A DNA stretch of 64,000 bases, taken from Terriglobia bacterium. GTDB taxonomy: Bacteria; Acidobacteriota; UBA6911. The DNA lies in assembly GCA_020072565.1 (NCBI GenBank), contig JAIQGI010000014.1, forward strand, positions 16,327-80,326, in the 5' to 3' direction. The position numbers and the translations under genes were made by a program. The notes beneath the pieces were generated by a model, which was given only the letters and a program-made list of their open reading frames with translations, was not told the DNA's origin and made no database searches. Shown here piece by piece: positions 60,251 through 64,000 of this stretch; the stretch's first letter is position 1, and the number at the start of each line of letters is the position of its first letter.

Positions 60251-60440
60251 ACACCCCTCTCCAGCCACGATCGAGTCTTCGATTTTCCGTGGGCAAGCTT
60301 ACCAGCCTGTTGCGGCAGAGGCAAGCGATATGGCGCAGCCGGCACTATCAGGCACCACCAAACACACGCGCCACACAAGAAATCTCTGTGGGTTTCGTGG
60401 TTGTTGATTTGGCTGCAGCGCGATCTCTTCGTCGAGATCC

Positions 60441-61526
60441 TTAGAAGTTGATCACCTCGATCTCGCGCACATCCCGCACATACTCTTCCGCGGGCTGCGG
60501 GTACCGGTACAGCCTGCCTTCGAAATTTCTCAGCACAATTTCGCGCTCGCCGAAATCGACGACATATTCCGGCATCAGCGGGATTTTGCCGCCGCCGCCC
60601 GGAGCATCGATCACGAATTGAGGCACGGCAAAGCCGGTGGTGTAACCCCGCAACGCCTGCATGATCTGAAGGCCCATTTCCACGCGCGTGCGAAAATGGT
60701 TGGTGCCGCGCGTGAGATCGGATTGGTAGAGGTAGTAAGGGCGCACGCGCATCATCAGAAGCTTGTGCATGAGCTCCTTGATGGTTTCAGGATCGTCGTT
60801 GACTCCCCGCAACAGCACCGTCTGGCAGCCGACCGGAATTCCGGCATTCGCGAGGCGCTCGCAGGCTGCCTTGGCCTGGGGCGTCACCTCGCGCGGGTGG
60901 TTAAAATGGGTGTTGAGGTATATGGGATGATACTTCTTCAGCATGTTGCAGAGGTCGTCGGTGATCCGGCTGGGGAGAACACACGGGAACCGGGTTCCGA
61001 TGCGGATGATCTCCACGTGCGGGATGGCGCGCAGCCTGGAAATGATGCTCTCCAGCTTTTCGTCGTTGACCATCAACGGGTCGCCGCCCGAAAGCAGAAC
61101 GTCGCGGATCTCCGGGTGCGCCCGGATATATTCGATGCCGATGGCAATGGTCCGCTCCGTAATGTCGCTGGTGCGGCCCACCATTCTCTTGCGCGTGCAG
61201 AACCGACAGTACATCGGGCATCGGTCGGTGATCAGAAGCAGCACGCGATCGGGGTAGCGATGGGTGAGACGGGTAACCGGGCTGTCATCGTCCTCATGCA
61301 GCGGATCTTCCGGGGCGTCGACGTCCTGCAGCTCCTGAATGGATGCGATCGACTGCATCCAGATGGGATCACCCTTCTCCCGAATCAGATTGTAGTAATA
61401 GCGCGGAATCCTCATGGGATAGACGGCGCGGGCCTCGTTGATGCCATCAACATCGGCGTCGAAATCTTCGCTGATGGTTTCTCCTTTGGTGACGCTGTTG
61501 CGCAGATCAAGCATCCACTGTTCCAT
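60441..61526 (-). CDS. lysine 2,3-aminomutase family radical-SAM enzyme (KamA/AblA/EpmB-like)
   Basis: A CxxxCxxC cluster (CPMYCRFCTRKRM) sits in a KamA-like context (LLLITDRCPMYCRFCTRK...LSGGDPL). The 361-aa length is within the KamA/EpmB range. Confidence 0.75.
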   Translation of the reverse strand: MEQWMLDLRNSVTKGETISEDFDADVDGINEARAVYPMRIPRYYYNLIREKGDPIWMQSIASIQELQDVDAPEDPLHEDDDSPVTRLTHRYPDRVLLLITDRCPMYCRFCTRKRMVGRTSDITERTIAIGIEYIRAHPEIRDVLLSGGDPLMVNDEKLESIISRLRAIPHVEIIRIGTRFPCVLPSRITDDLCNMLKKYHPIYLNTHFNHPREVTPQAKAACERLANAGIPVGCQTVLLRGVNDDPETIKELMHKLLMMRVRPYYLYQSDLTRGTNHFRTRVEMGLQIMQALRGYTTGFAVPQFVIDAPGGGGKIPLMPEYVVDFGEREIVLRNFEGRLYRYPQPAEEYVRDVREIEVINF

Positions 61527-61541
61527 GGACCAAACCTCTCC

Positions 61542-62045
61542 TTACCGGGAAAATCTCTTGACAAAAATCAGCTTGTCGTCACCGACGTCGTAGAAATCCG
61601 GTATCCGCGACGCCTCTTGGTAACCCAGGCGGCGATAGAATCCGACGGTCTTGCCGTAGGATTCCTTGGAAGAAGTCTCAAGCACGAGAAGCCTTCCACG
61701 TTCCTCGCCTACTCTGTTTTCGACGTAATGCATTAGCGCTCGCCCGACACCCCGCCCCTGAGTTCCGGGATGGGTAGCAATCCAGTAGAGATCAAAGGTT
61801 CCCTTGGTGAGCGGGGTCGGTCCCCAGCAGGCATAACCGCACGTGTCCCCGCCCTCGCATTCGGCGACGACAATTCGATAGTCCTTCTGATCGGGGTCGC
61901 TGAGGTAGGTATCCACAAGCTCCAGCGCACAGTCGATCTCGGCCGGGCTGAAGTTGCCGACGTCTCTTATGATCCGGGCGACAGCTGGGCGGTCGCCCGC
62001 GATCAGGTTGCGAATCGAATGTATATGAGAGTCAGGAGCAGGCAT
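61542..62045 (-). CDS. GNAT-family N-acetyltransferase
   Basis: An acetyl-CoA-binding motif (QGRGVGRALMHYVENRV) is present. The ~168-aa product is taken from the internal Met MPAPDS. Confidence 0.6.
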   Translation of the reverse strand: MPAPDSHIHSIRNLIAGDRPAVARIIRDVGNFSPAEIDCALELVDTYLSDPDQKDYRIVVAECEGGDTCGYACWGPTPLTKGTFDLYWIATHPGTQGRGVGRALMHYVENRVGEERGRLLVLETSSKESYGKTVGFYRRLGYQEASRIPDFYDVGDDKLIFVKRFSR

Positions 62046-63077
62046 AGGCAGTGGTGGGAACCTTTGTGCCTCGTTCCAAGGCCGATTGAGTGATCCGAGC
62101 AACCAGGTCAGTGTAAGTCATTCCCGCAGCCCGCGCCGCACGCACAAATCCTGCCTGCGGAGAGAGATCGGGATTCGGATTGACTTCGAGCACATAGATG
62201 TTCCCGTCGGCGTCCGTCCTCATGTCGATACGGGCATAATCCCGGCACCCGATGCACTTGCTGCTTCTCAGGGCGATGAGCTTGATCCGGTTTTCCAGGC
62301 GCGCCGGTATCTCCGCAGGACATACCGGCACCGTGCATTGACAGACAATGCTCTCCTCATCCCACTTCGCACGGTAGCTCACGATCCGCGGCTCATCCGC
62401 CGGCATCCGGCTGAAATCGATCTCCGAGATCGGCAGCGCCTGCGGCTCCCGGTCGCCCAGAACAGCGACGTTGAATTCCCTCCCCTCCAGATACTCATCG
62501 ACCAGAGCATCCTGCTGATAAACATCATGGATGTAAGCGACCTGCTTCTGCAACTGGGCGAGATCGTGGCATACCGACTTGGAGTTGATGCCCAGGCTGG
62601 CGTCCTCATGCACCGGCTTGACGATGACCGGGAATCGGCGCTTCGCCCGCGGCCTGAGCCGCTGGCCCAGGGCACACAGATATCCGCGCGGCACCGGGAT
62701 TCCGGTCGACTGCAGAACCTGCTTGACCCGGAACTTGTTCAATGCCAGACCCAGAGCCAGCGGTCCCGATCCGGTATACGGAATGTTCATGAGCTCGAGC
62801 ATCCCGGCGATGCACATTTCGAGGTTGCAGTCCCCCTGAATCTCCTCGCAGAGGTTCCAGACAAACCTCGGCGCCATGCGGTAGAAGGTCAAAACCAGGT
62901 CCTTCGAAAACTGATCGACCGCGAGCACATATGGGCTGTATCCCAACTCGCGCAGACTTTCCTCGATCGCACCCACCTCCTCGCGAATGAGATTGGCCGG
63001 ATAGACCTTCTCCTCCGACCACGGCAATTCCCTTAGGGTGGCTGCGTTGTACAGGATGATGCAGTCGGATCTCACCA
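62032..63077 (-). CDS. ATP-grasp ligase, D-Ala-D-Ala ligase-like (copy 1)
   Basis: A central Ddl-like segment (GMLELMNIPYTGSGPLALGLALNKFRVKQVL) and a C-terminal motif (LEVNPNPDLS) are present. The start is set at the internal Met MVRSDC, overlapping the stop of the upstream ATP-grasp gene as TGATG. Confidence 0.6.
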
Positions 63078-63992
63078 TCAGTTTAGCCCGCAGCGCCGGC
63101 ACGCGATGTCCAGAACCGCATTGATCAGCTGGTTGTAATTCATTCCCGCAGCCCGCGCCGCTTTGGGGAAGCACGAGTTGTCCTCCGGCCGAGGCAGAAT
63201 CCCGGGCAATGGGTTGAGTTCCAGGATGTGCGGGCAGTTCGATGCATCGAGACGAATGTCGATGCGGCACCAGTCACGGCACCTCATGGTTCGGTAGGCA
63301 CCCAGGCAAATGCGTTCGATCTCCGCCCTGGCTTCCGCGCTGATGCGTGCGGGGCATTCGAAAATCTGCAGCGGATTTGAACTCTGATCCCAGATCCATT
63401 TGGCCTCATATGAGTAGATCGGATTCATCCCCTTCGGAAGTGACTCGAACCGGATCTCGACAATCGGAAGCACACGAGCATCCTCACCGTTTCCCAGGAT
63501 GGCCACCGTGAACTCGCGCCCCGCCAGGAACTCCTCCACCAAGGCCGGCTGCCGGAAGCGCTCAAGCACCCAGGCGATTCTGGCCCGCAGGTCCTCTACG
63601 GTTGCCACCAGCGAGTCATTACGGATCCCGATGCTGGAGCCTTCGAATAGGGGCTTGACCAGAAGCGGGAAATGGAGGCTGTTGAAGGGCTGGTTCCGGT
63701 CCGCAACAACCCGGAAACGCGCGGTGGGCAGACCGTAATAGGCCAGTATCTCCTTGGCGCGCGACTTGTCCAGACAGAGATTCAACGTCAGCGGATCACT
63801 CGCCGTGTACGGAATGTTGAGGTATTCGAGAATTGAGGGGATGTGCCCTTCGCGGCAGGGGCCGAAACTCCCTTCGGCCATGTTGAAAACTATGTCCGGG
63901 CGGCTCTCGCGAAGCGCGTTGTAGGGGTCCTCGGCCGCATCGATCGGGATCACCTCGTGACGCTCCCTAAGGGCTCCCAGAACCGCATCCAC
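63078..63992 (-). CDS. ATP-grasp ligase, D-Ala-D-Ala ligase-like (copy 2)
   Basis: A central Ddl-like segment (GHIPSILEYLNIPYTASDPLTLNLCLDKSRAKEIL) and a C-terminal motif (LELNPLPGI) are present. This is the first gene of a four-gene minus-strand operon. Confidence 0.6.
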   Translation of the reverse strand: MDAVLGALRERHEVIPIDAAEDPYNALRESRPDIVFNMAEGSFGPCREGHIPSILEYLNIPYTASDPLTLNLCLDKSRAKEILAYYGLPTARFRVVADRNQPFNSLHFPLLVKPLFEGSSIGIRNDSLVATVEDLRARIAWVLERFRQPALVEEFLAGREFTVAILGNGEDARVLPIVEIRFESLPKGMNPIYSYEAKWIWDQSSNPLQIFECPARISAEARAEIERICLGAYRTMRCRDWCRIDIRLDASNCPHILELNPLPGILPRPEDNSCFPKAARAAGMNYNQLINAVLDIACRRCGLN

Positions 63993-64000
63993 GGTGTCCT

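Noticed and set aside
59027-61736. 474-aa and 372-aa plus-strand ORFs opposite pyrG and the kamA-like gene
   Set aside because: They are antisense shadow ORFs of two strongly supported genes.

Overview
This is a high-GC bacterial window. The gene content (many TPR proteins, winged-helix+TPR regulators, MIPS, PPDK) fits an Acidobacteriota-like genome, but taxonomy cannot be verified from sequence alone. There are three blocks.

(1) 1-25.3 kb is conserved housekeeping: lpxD, ppdK, a myo-inositol-1-phosphate synthase, glyS-glyQ-recO, psd-pssA, ddl, phoH, rpsT, holA/lptE, dcd, HU/IHF, an S2P protease, tRNA-Ala, tRNA-Val, and a TMTC-like TPR membrane protein.

(2) 25.36-56.57 kb is a tRNA-Gly(CCC) integration hotspot occupied on both sides. 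On the 3' side sits a ~20.6 kb genomic island bounded by a 40-nt direct repeat of the tRNA 3' half. It carries a 472-aa Asp-rich hypothetical protein, a BrnT/BrnA toxin-antitoxin pair, and a 1396-aa fusion protein with a RelE/ParE-like N-terminal segment, an SF1/UvrD-like helicase, ankyrin repeats and a C-terminal SEC-C zinc motif. It also carries two inverted IS91-family elements, each with an upstream tyrosine recombinase, two paralogous winged-helix+TPR regulators divergent from secreted proteins, and a remnant integrase. On the 5' side sits a ~10.5 kb phage-satellite-like element with an integrase, excisionase-like HTH, CHC2 zinc finger plus DUF3987 replication module, an origin-like repeat structure, terS-like and terL(GpA) genes, and no structural genes. 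It is bounded by a 21-nt repeat of the tRNA 5' end.

(3) 56.7-64 kb is core again (kdsD, kdsA, pyrG), followed by a translationally coupled operon of two Ddl-like ATP-grasp ligases, a small GNAT and a KamA-like lysine 2,3-aminomutase.

No CRISPR array or rRNA was seen. Many long antisense shadow ORFs, typical of GC-rich DNA, were rejected.
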